A stretch of 58,787 nucleotides of DNA from Guillardia theta CCMP2712. Lineage: Eukaryota; Protista; Cryptophyta. The notes beneath the pieces were generated by a model. It was given only the letters and a program-made list of their open reading frames with translations, did not search any database and had not been told where the DNA came from. Below are positions 23,501 through 35,339 of this stretch, one piece after another. Numbering within the stretch: the first letter of the stretch is position 1; every line of letters begins with the position of its first letter. The stretch covers positions 193,605-252,391 of the forward strand of contig NW_005434597.1 in the NCBI RefSeq assembly GCF_000315625.1, written 5' to 3'. Position numbers and translations under genes: made by a program.

Positions 23501-23645
23501 TGCTCCACATGTCTCCTCCTCCTTCCCTCTCACTTGCTCAACTTTCGAATCCTTCCTCTCGATCATTTCTCAACTCGTGCTGTCATGACAGGAGGGACGT
23601 CTGCCTCCCATGGGGGGACAAGATGCTGACGACGGAGACAACTGA
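20573..23645 (+). CDS. 2OG-Fe(II) dioxygenase-like protein with C-terminal thioredoxin-like (PDI b'-like) region; 5' end uncertain
   Basis: GGEWWVQ...IGFHHDKDE (HxD), PEVSTVTYL, IFRGNLQHGV (distal His), RITFLVNWW (2OG-binding Arg). Later exons LEWLKPLSKEHEQELRFVIANP..DALRAFGLTVADVPIAVIH..KKFLM. Confidence 0.7.
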
Positions 23646-23840
23646 AGTTCGTGCCCACATTATTCTTTTCAGCGTCATTCGACTCTCTATGTGCGTGGCG
23701 ATCGCCTCACGTCAGAATCCCAACTCTGCCTCCAACACCGTACGTCAAGCTCGTCTCGTTTCGTTTCTTTTGATTTTTCGAATCAATCCCTCATCTCACT
23801 CATGTTGATTATTCAAATTATACACAAAAAAACACGCCCT

Positions 23841-25410
23841 TCACTTGTCACGCCCCTGCCTTCGCCTTGCGGACATCCCTCCCTCCGCCGGCTTCCTAAC
23901 CTCCTCAAAGTTCTGTGACGGCAGTGAGTTGGAGCAGCAGTGGCAAGGGACTGAACCTGTAGGAGGAGTCTGGAAGCGAAGTCGTATGCATCGTCCACCT
24001 CTGCGACATCGTTCACCTTCTCAGCATCTCCCCGCGTTACCTCACACCTGCCCAGTTCACTGCTCCTGTGATGACTGTCTTGGAAGAGGGGAAGATGCCT
24101 GCGAGACCGTAAGGGAGGAAGGGGAGACTTGTCACAACAAAAGCAAGAGGAAGTGTGGAGGACCAGGAGTATCCAAAGTATCCTTGCATTCTCAAATCAT
24201 AGAAAAGCAGGCAAAAGGATGAGCATTGCGAAATTCGCAAGAAAAGAGAGAAGATGAATGGGAAACGGGCGGGGCAAAGACAACAAGAACTCATCTCACC
24301 GATAAAGACTTCTCTCTTCACATTCGTAGCGTCGGAAACAGAAGCGATCTGAGGAGGCTTGAAGAGGATCTTAACTCCAGCATACCTGTTCATCGTCAAC
24401 TCACCACACCCTCCCGTCATCGTTGACCTCTTCTCCGGCGTGTATTCTACACTTTTTACACAATGCGAGTATTCCGGCCGTGAAACAACATCTCTAAAAA
24501 CAAAGAACCAAAACAGGAGAGTGAGAATCATTTCATCATGGAAAGATCTGCTCTCACCTCAACAAGATTGGATCTAGAGTGTAGCCAACAAACGAGTACC
24601 CAGCATCAAACGTGCAGTTGATGTTGACAGTCTCAGGTGCTAGAACTTCCGAGAATTTAATCGGTCCATGGACTGCAACGTGCTGGCCGCTAGGCTCGCA
24701 AACGTGCCTGAGACAATTTCGTTACTCCTTCAAGCAAACATCCAAACAAGCAAAAACCGCTCGAAGACGGATGGGCCGTCGGGCACATGGTCGTATATGT
24801 TGTTCAAGGAATTTATCACGTGGCGCACAATCTTGTTACATGTTCCCTCATCCTTACATCCCGCGATTTGTAATCTCCCCGTCTTAAAAACTTTCACACT
24901 GATGTTTGGGTTGCATTGCATGGACAATCTCAGCTGAACTTGATGCGCGAACTGTCTCTTTGCATCCTTCACTTTCCCACGGCTGATGGACACGCTGCTT
25001 CCGTTCTCATCCTTGTACTGATACGACAGACCAACTATCCCCTCCTCCACATCCTCGTTCACGAAATCAGAGTCCATGAAGCACTCGCTGAACATCCTTA
25101 GATCTATTGAGCCATCATGCGGCGAGAAAAGATCAACAACAAACGCCATCATCGACACAACTGGCTCTCTGCAGGTCGGCTGCAAACCACCATCGCGCGT
25201 CTTGCGGGGGAAAAGCGCGAAATGCAACGAAGCTGCAGTGGATTCATGCTCAAGGGCCGAAGCGAGTCGCATCGTCCTCTCCTCATCCTCCTCGAAGTTC
25301 TTGAACAACCTGGAGACAATGAGCGTCTTGGAGGAGGCAAAAAACGCTGCACACCTCTTCATCTCCAGGTCCAACTGCTTTTCAATGTCTCGCGCATCGA
25401 TCTCCATCTG
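23841..25410 (-). CDS. Divergent TATA-binding-protein (TBP)-fold protein resembling NCLDV TBP-like proteins; additional 5' exons likely up to ~25950
   Basis: Repeat 1 KRQFAHQVQLRL...NISVKVFKTGRLQIAGCK. Repeat 2 after splicing: TVNINCTFD...EYTPEKR|YAGVKILFK...REVFI|GIFPSSKTVITGAVNWA|EVDDAYDFASRLL. Several GT-AG introns. Confidence 0.8.
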
Positions 25411-25959
25411 AAACCCTCGGTCAACTCACGGGCAGACATTCACACTGAAAGGATCATGTTTTGGCTGGCAACATATCTTAGCACTTTAGATTTGTGCATG
25501 ATCCATGTCTTGCTAGTCTAGTATCATTAGACCTAAAGTGTCCAAGCTCTCATCATGATATGGATACTTCGACCACAAAACGAGAGGCCGGCAAACCAGC
25601 GGGCCATGGACAAACTGCGCGCGGCAGCTTTCCCCCGATCCTCCTCCTCCAACACAAAGATGTCAACACCTCAACGGCAAATCTATCACTTCTTCTCTAC
25701 CAACACGCATCCTCTCATGCATCTGTCCGTGCTCATGAGCCCGCGCGCCGGACGTTTGCTCTGGTTCCTCCCACCCTACACCACTGGCTTCATCGAGCCT
25801 TCTCAAGTCGCTACTTCGTTTGGATTCTACCATTCACCTGCTATACCTCATCCCTGCCCTTGTACTGATCTTGATCCTGTATGCTGTCTTCCCCCTACTC
25901 CTCCTCCTCCTCCTCTCCTCGCCTGCCACGCCGGCCTCCCTGTCTCCGTCTCCATTTCG

Positions 25960-26800
25960 CCACCCACCCACTGATTGACCCCACCCCTCACAAAATCAGT
26001 AACCCCTCCATTTGTTGCTTAAATGGGTTGAAGAAGACCCTGGCTCGCATGTAGACAGAAATTAATTAGTAGTACAATCGATGAATATTGAATCTTTGAT
26101 ATTCATATTTCTACACACTGGTACCTCCACCCCCTAATACCCACCTCCGCTCAGACCCTACCCCTGCAGAATGTTATTAAACTATCGGCTCAAACTACGG
26201 TACCAAGACCCTGCAGGCCCCTCGTCTTTATATTACTCACTTCTCGAGATTGTACGGAGATTATTCTGTCTGGTACTGCCAGATACGATCTCTTTACTGC
26301 AGGACTGTACCACAGAACACTTTTGAAGTTATAGAGGGACCCTCATCCCTCCTCAAACACTGTAGGTCACGGGGGCGGGCCCGCCGTCGCATCACCGGAT
26401 CGGAGGCCGCCAGACCGTACAGTCTCGGCTGCGGCGGGACCGGCACAGTCACGACGGTGGTGCACTGGCACGGCACCCGGCCATCCTACAACTGCAATGT
26501 AACTTCCGTTGACTCAGTGAGCCTCAGGCCCGCCGCGCCTTGCCAAGTCACAGTCGGGCCCGGCTCGGCGGCTGCCAGTCGGGCGGCCGACCGGTGGCAA
26601 GTAGCCCGGGCTCGGTGGCAGGCCCGGCCGTACTACGGTAGTAGCTGGCGTACTAGGCTTGCCGCCTAAACCCTAACTTACTAAACCCTAAGGCTGTGCG
26701 GATGCCATCATGATGCCGCACCCCGGTGACCGTACACTACACTGACTACTGTGACAAGTACTTGAAACGGCGTGGGCCTCGAGTATCACGGTAAGTCAGT
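25960..26800. promoter_or_regulatory. Tandem-junction intergenic module: ACCCC block, then GC-rich GAGTC block
   Basis: ACCCC motifs 25960-26220; GC-rich 26370-26790; TGACTCAGTGAG at 26510-26521. Confidence 0.45.
26665..26691 (+). repeat. Two telomere-like AAACCCTAA (telo-box) motifs
   Basis: CCTAAACCCTAA ctta CTAAACCCTAA. Confidence 0.55.
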
Positions 26801-26845
26801 GGGAAAGTGAATACCGCGAAAGAGGCATGGCATTCAAAGTTGACA

Positions 26846-28014
26846 CTACTTCTTGCCCCTATTCTTAGCGAATTGACGAAGTCCGTTCTTCCAAACTTCT
26901 TCGGTCATTCCTAAGTAGCAGGTCAGTACCAACTTAAAGGGAAGCAGAGGTACGCACCTCTCGGAGTATGGATGCAAGTGACTCCCAAGGGCGCTACGGT
27001 GTGGCAATTATGGGCCTCGTTATCTGCGGGCTCCAGTCAACCTCCCGAGAGCGATCGCAGAGGGTCAACAAGGCCCGACCAAAGAAGATCATGTCTTCGT
27101 AGGGGATCCCTGTCTTCTTGTGAATGTTCCGGAAATGCGTCGACTTGGAGGATTTGAAGATTTCCTTGATGTCGACGACCTGTCGGCATGCCGGACATCA
27201 CAAAAAATCTTGGAACGACTGACATGTTCACTCACGGATTCGAGGGTCATTCCATCTCCAATCTCAAAGAGCCTCATGCATTCGTCCGCCCATGTGGGCT
27301 CGTCAGTGCACGAGCAGTAGGCTATCTGACCAACGCTCGCGTCAACCAAGATACGGAATAAACCTTGTTAGCACACTACCTTGGCTCCCTTCCACCTCGG
27401 GCTTGTTTTGATCTCTCGGAGGATCTCTGCAGTGTTGCCCATCAGATAGCATCGTGTTCCGGATCGATCGGTCAGAGTCTTGTCGTTGTTCTTCTTGAAA
27501 GGAGATCCTCCTCCCCATAGCTGAGAATCCCAGTCATCCCCAACCTTCCCTTGCCAGAAAACACACCTGATACATCTCTGGGTACCACAAGGTAGCATCT
27601 AGATCAAAGGCAACCACTTTAGGCAGGACTTCTGGGATGCATGACATCAGTGCTGAAAGCTTCCAGTCGGGACAGCTTTGAACCTTGCTTGTCTGCAGCC
27701 ATGGTGAACAGGGCCCTCTTGCCTTGGCAGCTCTCTTGGAAACTATTGCACTCCGATCCCTGGAACAATATCCATTATTTGCGGCAGAGAACCAGGAAGG
27801 AGATCAAATGTTGAGTTTTACAGTGTCAACTTGCTATTCGATACATCACACCGAACCCATCTCGCACCTTGGAAAGAGATGATAGCAGTAGGATTCCCAA
27901 AAAACTTCCTGCAGATGTTTCGGTGAATTTCCTGTAGTAGCTCGGAGTTATCGAATTCTTGAGCGCAATGGATGAGTGTGCAGAAAATGCTGCAACTGGT
28001 CTGCTCAAACGCAT
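26846..28014 (-). CDS. MDP1: Magnesium-dependent phosphatase 1 (HAD IIIC) family; core starts MAADKQ at 27702, possible N-terminal targeting exon from 28014
   Basis: LPKVVAFDLDATLWYPEM (DxD motif), IAYCSCTDEPTWA, KSSKSTHFRNIHKKTGIPYEDMIFF|DNEAHN, LGVTCIHTP. Confidence 0.88.
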
Positions 28015-28249
28015 TCAACCACGAAGCAGGACGGAGGCCAAAGAAACTTTGAGTAGGCGCGTGAGGAGAAAAGTTGACGAACCGTGGGCGTCTATAATCA
28101 AAAGAGCGGTGAGACAGGAGGTGAGAGGATAGGGAAGAAAAGGGAGGAGAGGAAAGCTTGAACTTGTCCAGATGGGAAGGAGGGAGGGGGGGGGGAGGGG
28201 AAAGGGGAAGGGCACCGAACAAGCAAGAGGCTGCTTGCTGCTTTGCAAG

Positions 28250-29300
28250 GATCCAATAATATTCCAAGGAACTTTGCAAACTTTGAACTTTAAGAAAATG
28301 TTCCGGGAGCCTCGAAGTTTCAGATTTGAAAAATATCTGAAATTTCAAAGCCCTCGTCCCCCCTCATCACCGATTTTCTATATCAGGACAAGTTTGTCCT
28401 GACGATCACGGGTGGTCAGCAGCCTTGAGCGGCTTACAACCAGGGGGTACACAAAGGGCTGCTAGCATCTGAAATCACCCTTTTTCGAGATTTTCCCACC
28501 CCCTTACTTTTCGGTTTCGGTTGGAACATCCCCACCATTCAGGTTACATCCACCCCACCCCCAGCACCACCCCCACATACACAATTGACCCACCACTTAA
28601 CCCGACCGATTGTAATGATAATGAAGATACATTCGGTGTACCCCCACCCCTGTATTTCAACATAAAATAACCCCTCCATAAGTGCCTTTGTTGACTTGGA
28701 GACTTTCACCCACCCCCCTCGTATGCACTAGGGCTAATAAATCCACAAAAAAGAATGTAAAAGACTTTTATGACGACTTCTGGGTTTACAAAAAGCGTGT
28801 ACGAAGTGAAAAAGTCATCTGGTACAAATAGACACGATATATGTGTATGAATTCAACACATTTTCATAAAAGACAGTAATAATGTACATAAATCTGATAC
28901 AAAATTACTAAAATAATAATATTTTAACATAGCTGGTACAGCCAATCTTTTTGAAAAATTGATTTTTAATGAATTCAACTTCCGGAACATGCAATCATGA
29001 TGGTCTCTGGAATCGACTACCCCTCCTCTTCTCTCACTACCTACCCACCCCCTGTAGTTAACCCCTGTACCCTTCGTGACCGACGCTATGCTGAGCACCC
29101 CATAGTTTAGCTGCACGGATTCTGTACCCCTACCCTGCAGGATCCCCTGCTTCACTACCCCTTGTTGCGACTTGACTACCCGTCCTTTGGACCGTGCCCC
29201 CTCTGGCTCCTTCATTGGTAATTCACTACCCCCCCGTTGTCCTCTCAAGAACAGAATGGGGGGGTAGGGGTCATGTCTCCCTCGGACGTTACCCATGCTG
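28250..29300. promoter_or_regulatory. Divergent promoter region with AACTT cluster, ACCCC blocks and an AT-rich island (~28735-28985)
   Basis: Composition and position between divergent MDP1 and kinase genes. Confidence 0.4.
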
Positions 29301-30015
29301 GAACCCAGCGCTTAGTGGCATTCTCGAACCAACCTGATGCTCTCAAGATTTCCTCCCTCCCACGCCTCCCCCCCTCTACGATCTGATTCCACCGACTTCT
29401 CTGTTCTTTACCTCTCCCTCCTGCCACCTCCCCCCCGAGGTTCTGACCCCCGAACATTTCTCAATAATTTATCACCAACAGCTACTTGTACTCCTCCCAC
29501 CCTCCCCTCTCACACACCTTTACCTTGCCCCAGCCTCCTCCTGACCTTCCGCCATCTTTCTGATATGATACATTCCATTCATCTTACAGCATTTCACCGG
29601 CTTTTGATCGCTTGAGGCGATCCAAACTCTTCAACATCGTGTGTCCTTGATCTGCCTGCCAACCTTGCTCTTGTTATCATGCCCTCTCTGTTGTCGCGAG
29701 CCCCTCTCTATCTCAAGTTCTCTCTTGTCTCTTTGGAATTCATCAAAGATTGCCGCTGCTGACAATGTTTTGGCATTCATTCTTCATGATACGACTCTTT
29801 GGAATGAAAGTGTTGAAAAGATAATTTTCTGCGCTGTCTGTCTCATCATGAATGGTCGTTGAAGTTGGCGCTAGTTGCCACCGCTTCGTCTTTAATCAAA
29901 GCACATAAGAATCAACCGCTATCGCTTCCCGCTGATTATTTAGCCTTCTTTTTATCATGGCTGTTCGGCTGGCAGAGGGGTTTGACCGTTGTGTCCAGGC
30001 ATCGCGCAGTCTGAG

Positions 30016-32385
30016 ATGGAGAAGTACGAGTTAGGAGCGCCTCTCGGAGAGTAAGTCGCGCATTCTCTCTCTCCTCATCCATCTGTCCCAACTTCGAACT
30101 CGATCCCCTCACTCTATCGCAGGGGAGCTTTTGCTGTGTGCAGGTTAGGGAAGAGCAAGGCCACGCCAGATCTAAAAGTGGCGGTGAGATGAGTGCGACA
30201 AAAGCGTTCGAACATTTTGATCTCGCAACAGGTCAAGACAGTCTTGCGATCGCATCCGCACTTTGACATGAAAGCGCTGAATCATGAGATCACAATTATG
30301 AGGGCAGCAAATCACCCCAAATGTATTGGGCTAATCGAAGTCATCGAAGACAAGCAGGCCGTTCACTTGGTCGAGGAACTGTGAGACAGAAGCTCGGTCC
30401 AATCTCTTGTCTGTCTTGACGTGAGGTTCTAGGGCTTCTGGGGGCGAACTGTTTGATAGGATCGTTGCTCTCGGCCGATTTACCGAGAAGGACGCGGTGT
30501 TCCTGGTGCACCAGGTATGGTAGTGGGGTCACGGTGGTTCGCCTCAACCGATCTCCAGGTGTTCGACGGCATCGCATACCTCCACTCGATCGACATCGTC
30601 CATCGCGACTTGAAGCCTGAGAATCTCCTCATGGTCGGCAGGTACTCAAGTTTACTCGTACTCTCCTTGTGGTCCTTGGCTTAGGATTCGTTGCCAGGGA
30701 TGAGTCGGACCCTTCATACATGCAAATCAAGATCGCAGACTTCGGGCTAAGGTGAGAAATGTGGTCCAGTCGGCTTGGAGGGCATACGTTGATGTTCATG
30801 CTCGTCCAGTGCCATGAAAGCCAACGCCAAGTCCGATGAGGTTTGCCAGCAACTTCGTTCTTGGTTCACTCGTGGTTGACTATTGTGGTTGTTGCAGGAG
30901 TGGAGCAAGGAGATGAGGGAATTCTGTGGTACACAAGACTACCTGGCACCGGAAGTCTTCAAGATTGGTCAGAAAGTCGAACGAGCCCTCTAGTTTCCTT
31001 ACACGTTCCTTTTCAGCTGCCCTTGGCAAGAAAGCTGGTAACTTACAGTACGACGCCAAGGTGTGATGGTCTGTCTTTTCCCTTCCTTGTCATGATCTGG
31101 ATTTGGACAGGTCGACGTTTGGTCGGTTGGAGTCATTTACTACATCATGTTGTGCGGATATCCTCCTTTCTACTCGGAGGACAACGACATGTTGAAGATG
31201 ATCCAACAGGTTGGAAAAGTGTCTGTTTGTGCCATGTCACCGCCATCTGCACCTGCTAACATGCAAACCTCTCAGATCATGCACGCGAAGTTCAAATTCC
31301 ATTCCCCCAAGTGGGACTCTGTCTCCTCTGACTCCAAGGATTTCATCATGAAGTGCCTGACGGTATGGATGAAACCCACGTCAACAGTTTCCCAGGGATC
31401 CTCATCAACTTGTTTCTGAACTCCTTACCTTCCTGCCTGATTGTTTGCTGCGCTTGCTCATCAGTGTACAGGTCGACACTTCAAAACGGCCGTCAGCTGC
31501 TGAGTGTATGAAGGATCCCCTCTTTGCTAACAATCATGTCTTCTCCGAACAAGCTCTTGACGTGTGTTCTGCTTCGCATGTTATTCTCATCTCAACACTT
31601 GTCCCTCAGGTCAAGGATGATCTGCGCGAGTTCTTGTCTAAGCGCAGGAAGAAGGTGAGAGATCTCTGCTCTTGCCGCAAGATTGTTGTCGGGTTTGACT
31701 CTCATGTGAAGGTGCTCGGAGCGGTCAAAGCTATCGCACGCATGGAGACAATCGCCAACTTCAAGTTCTTTCGGGTTTCCCTTGCTCTCAGTGCCCCAAT
31801 GCATCCGATTGACTCGTGGGGTTCAGGATCCGAAAGATCCTACACAGCGCGAGGCTGAGAGATTGTTCCGCACCATCGACAGCCTTGGTAATGCTGCGCC
31901 TTGGAGTGTGGCCCCCTGGTAGTGACGGCGATTTAAGGGAACAGCAACGGCTTCTTGGAGCTGTACGAGGTCATCTTGTACATCCAGGTGAGACTGAAGC
32001 AGAACAGGAGAAGGGAGGGAGGGAGGGCAACATAGACATACAAACTGACTTTCCGTGCAGGAGTACATGCAGCACATGTTCTACAAGAAGAACAGCATGG
32101 GGGACAACGTAGTGGATGAGAAGAAGCTGAAGGACTTTGCATCAAACCTGAGGAACTTGGTAGGGAGGAGGGAGGGAAAGAGGGGCTGGTTGAGGGCAGG
32201 AGGAGGGAAGGAGCTTGCATGACGGTGCTTCAAGGTTGACACGAACAAGGACGGAGCCATCTCCTTGGAGGAGTTTGTTCAAGGGTTCGTGACGTGGAAG
32301 CACTTCATCGAAGAGCAGGTGCTGTCAAGACTTGAGGAACAGGAGGAGGGCCGAGTTAACGCCATGGCAGGAGAAGGCTTCGTAA
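30016..32385 (+). CDS. Ca2+/calmodulin-dependent-type Ser/Thr kinase with C-terminal EF hands (CDPK/CCaMK-like), ~18 short exons
   Basis: LGE|GAFA, VA|[53 protein letters not shown]; basic segment KRRKK|[11 protein letters not shown]; EF loops DSL|[11 protein letters not shown] and [13 protein letters not shown]. Confidence 0.93.
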
Positions 32386-32771
32386 GCACTCGGGACGGGA
32401 TGACTCTAGACTCTGTACTATTGGCGTGTAATCTTTCATTTTGATTTTGTGCATAAATTAATGATTCCTCGGATCGAAGAGAAGAGAAGAGAAGAGAAGA
32501 GAAGATACTTTCCAAATTCGCCCACAGGAACATGACTGAAGATGGATGAGATGGATGGGGAAGGAGAAAGTTCCAAAAGCGATTCAGTGCGATCAAAGTG
32601 CTATACTCGGGTTGTTATCGCTTCCTCGATGCTCTCATCAAAATCTCCCTGCGTGCTCAATCTGATCCAGAAGCAAATGACTTGCAGAACTATTACACTG
32701 GTTTATTGAGAAAACTAGAGGGGGTGAGAGGGGAGCAAAGTGAAATGGGAAAAATTGGGGAAAACAGTCAC

Positions 32772-33608
32772 CTACTTCTTGGACGACTTGAGCAAAACTC
32801 TGTCGGCTTCTAGTCCATTATCGTGCAACTTCTTCTCAGCTCTTTCAACCCTCTCGACTTTCCTAGTCTTCTCCGTGTCCCACACATTCACCTTGTTAGG
32901 GATTTCACTCAGCTTGGACGTCTTGGCCTTGGTGATGCTGGAAGACTGCGTCTTCTTGGCCTCCATCCTCTTCCTGTATGCCGCAGCTTTCAACGTACTC
33001 ATCTTATCTTCTGCCTTGATGCTTTTTGGCACCGTCTCGGCCGCCTCCACATGCAGCTTATTGTAGTACTTCTCCAGATCATTGCGAGCGTTGAACCCAG
33101 TGAGATGCTTGGTGAGCTTGTCCTTCAGACGGTCGAGCTTGCGCTCCTGCATGTGCTCCTGCTCCCGCTCCTGCTCGTACACCTCATGGAGTGAGATGGC
33201 CTTGGTCTTGGCGCTCTCCGCCTCCTCGTCGAACTTCTCCCACTTGGCAAACGACTCGCTGGACTTCAACTTCAGCTCCGCAAGCTTCGCCTTGGTGGAG
33301 AGGATCTTGTCTTGGATTCTCCTGGTTCTTGACTCCCGCTTCTTCCCGTTCTTTGCATTCATGCTCTTCATCAGCTTCTCAATCTCCTTGTCGCTGACGG
33401 CTGGAGTAGACCTATCCGACTTATCCGCTTTCTTCCCTGCTGCAACCTTCTTCTGAGCAAGCACAACGCCCTCATCCTCGGAGGAGGAGCCATACAAGAT
33501 ACCGTCATCGCTGCTGATCACAACCACAACAACCATCGCCACCGCCAGTATCGTCATCTTCATCCATCCTGCCATTGCCCCCCACCGCATCATCATGCCC
33601 CTTCGCAC
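32772..33608 (-). CDS. Hypothetical Lys/Glu-rich coiled-coil protein with N-terminal hydrophobic anchor or signal
   Basis: 278-aa ORF, MTILAVAMVVVVVISS followed by long charged helical region; may have a short extra 3' exon near 32620-32650. Confidence 0.65.
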   Translation of the reverse strand: MRRGMMMRWGAMAGWMKMTILAVAMVVVVVISSDDGILYGSSSEDEGVVLAQKKVAAGKKADKSDRSTPAVSDKEIEKLMKSMNAKNGKKRESRTRRIQDKILSTKAKLAELKLKSSESFAKWEKFDEEAESAKTKAISLHEVYEQEREQEHMQERKLDRLKDKLTKHLTGFNARNDLEKYYNKLHVEAAETVPKSIKAEDKMSTLKAAAYRKRMEAKKTQSSSITKAKTSKLSEIPNKVNVWDTEKTRKVERVERAEKKLHDNGLEADRVLLKSSKK

Positions 33609-33609
33609 C

Positions 33610-34140
33610 GCCAGAACCCTCTACCTACCCTCCCAATGGGGGTACCCCACAACATTGTACCCCCACCACTGAATTTAATACCCCACCTGATGAATATCAA
33701 ATTCTTTCATATGAAATTTACCGGTAATCAAACGCAAATTGAAGTACCCTACCCATTATTATGGTATAATTCTTTGATGTACCCCTTCCTAATTGATGAG
33801 GACCATCATGTTTACACACCCCCCTTTTCCTCTGAGTATTAACCGGTGTGAATGACTCAAAACCACCCCCTCCAACCCCCTCCACACTACCCTATTTTTC
33901 GACTCCATCAACAGGGGTCATGGACCCCTATTATGGACCCCCCTCTTTCGAACGAAACTCACCGGTGCTAACAAAACCAATGAGGGTAGGGTAGAAGAAT
34001 TATACTATCTGTGGTAGGGTGATCGAGTCTCATGATACTAATATGGGTGGGTATATTAAGTATTTAATGGGGGTAGGGGGTAACACATCTCAGTCCTCGA
34101 TGAGGTAGGGTATCAATTGAGTAGGGGGGTGGGGTGAATA
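33610..34140. promoter_or_regulatory. Bidirectional promoter ACCCC/GGGGT block
   Basis: ACCCC-dominated left half and GGGGT-dominated right half between divergent genes. Confidence 0.5.
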
Positions 34141-34192
34141 ACGATTGAGTAACAATTTTTTTTTGGCGGCACGAGGCAAGGGGAAGGCGATC

Positions 34193-35220
34193 ATGTCGGA
34201 GAAGAGCTGCACGATCAGGACAAGGAAGTTCATCACCAACAGGCTCCTCGAGCGCAAGCAGTTCGTGAGTTCTTCCCTCCTCTCCCTCTCCTATCCTCCT
34301 CCTCCCTCTCCCGTTCTCCCCTGCTCTTGGCGCTGTCTGGTTGTGAAGTGGTGGGTTGGGAGTGCGGATTTCAGGATGGTGGTGACTTGTCCACTGAAGT
34401 CTATGTCTTTGCTGTGGACGGAGGGCTCTAAGCAGTTTGATGACGTGATAGAGAGTATGGAAGCAGAATTGCTGTAACTTCTTGAAAACCTTCAAAGCTT
34501 TCATTCGATAGTGCGAGCTTCTCGCTCCCGAATCTCTAGTTGACGTTGATTTTCGTTGCCTATTGGGGAGGGGTGTGAGGAACAATGGCGTCCAGTGCAA
34601 AAATGTGCATCAAACTTGCTGTGTCTTGGTTGACTTTCTCCTTGCGTAGTCTATAAGTGGTTGAATTGCGATGTACTTGTCTTTGTTGGTTGTTTGGTAC
34701 ATGTGGCACCGCCCTTTCCTGATGCATATCTCTCCCGCTGTCCTATCCTAAACGTCAGTTCTCAGGTCATCGACGTCCTGCATCCTAACCGCGCCTCCGT
34801 CTCCAAGGAGGAGCTTAAGGAGAAGCTTGCTAAGATCTATAACGTATGATGCTGGCGAGCTCGTGTTAGGTTTAGCTCATAGACATGCAGGTACAAGATC
34901 CGAAATGCATCTTCTTGTGGGGATTCAAGATTGCCTTTGGTGGACAGAAATCAACTGGTGAGATACGGAGCAGCTGCAGTAACGTGACGTACTCACGCTT
35001 GTGACCTGCAGGCTTCGGTGTGATCTACGATAACTTGAACGCCGCCAAGAAGTCGCTGTCTAAGCACCTTCTTCTTCGTGAGGGAATTATTCAGAAGCAG
35101 GCCGGAAAACTTGCTCGCAAGGCTGGCAAGGAAAGAAAGAACAAGGTTAAGAAGGTTCGCGGCAAGGAGAAGGCCGAAGTTCGCACTGGAAAGGCCGTCG
35201 CCAAGAAGAAGAAGGAGTAA
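34193..35220 (+). CDS. RPS24: 40S ribosomal protein S24 (eS24), 4 exons, 501-nt first intron 34265-34765
   Basis: [18 protein letters not shown]|[26 protein letters not shown]|[23 protein letters not shown]|FGVIYDNL...[12 protein letters not shown]. Confidence 0.97.
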
Positions 35221-35339
35221 AGATTTTTTATTGTTAGGCTCTGGTCGTGCTTCAATCCAGGTTTTAATGAAAACAACCAAAACCAATCATCTGTAATCAG
35301 ATTTTTGTTCACCAACTGACTCAAGCTGCTCTAGCAGTA

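Noticed and set aside
23841-25950. Endogenous giant virus region around the TBP-like gene
   Set aside because: No capsid, polymerase or packaging ATPase genes; neighbours are intron-rich host genes of normal composition
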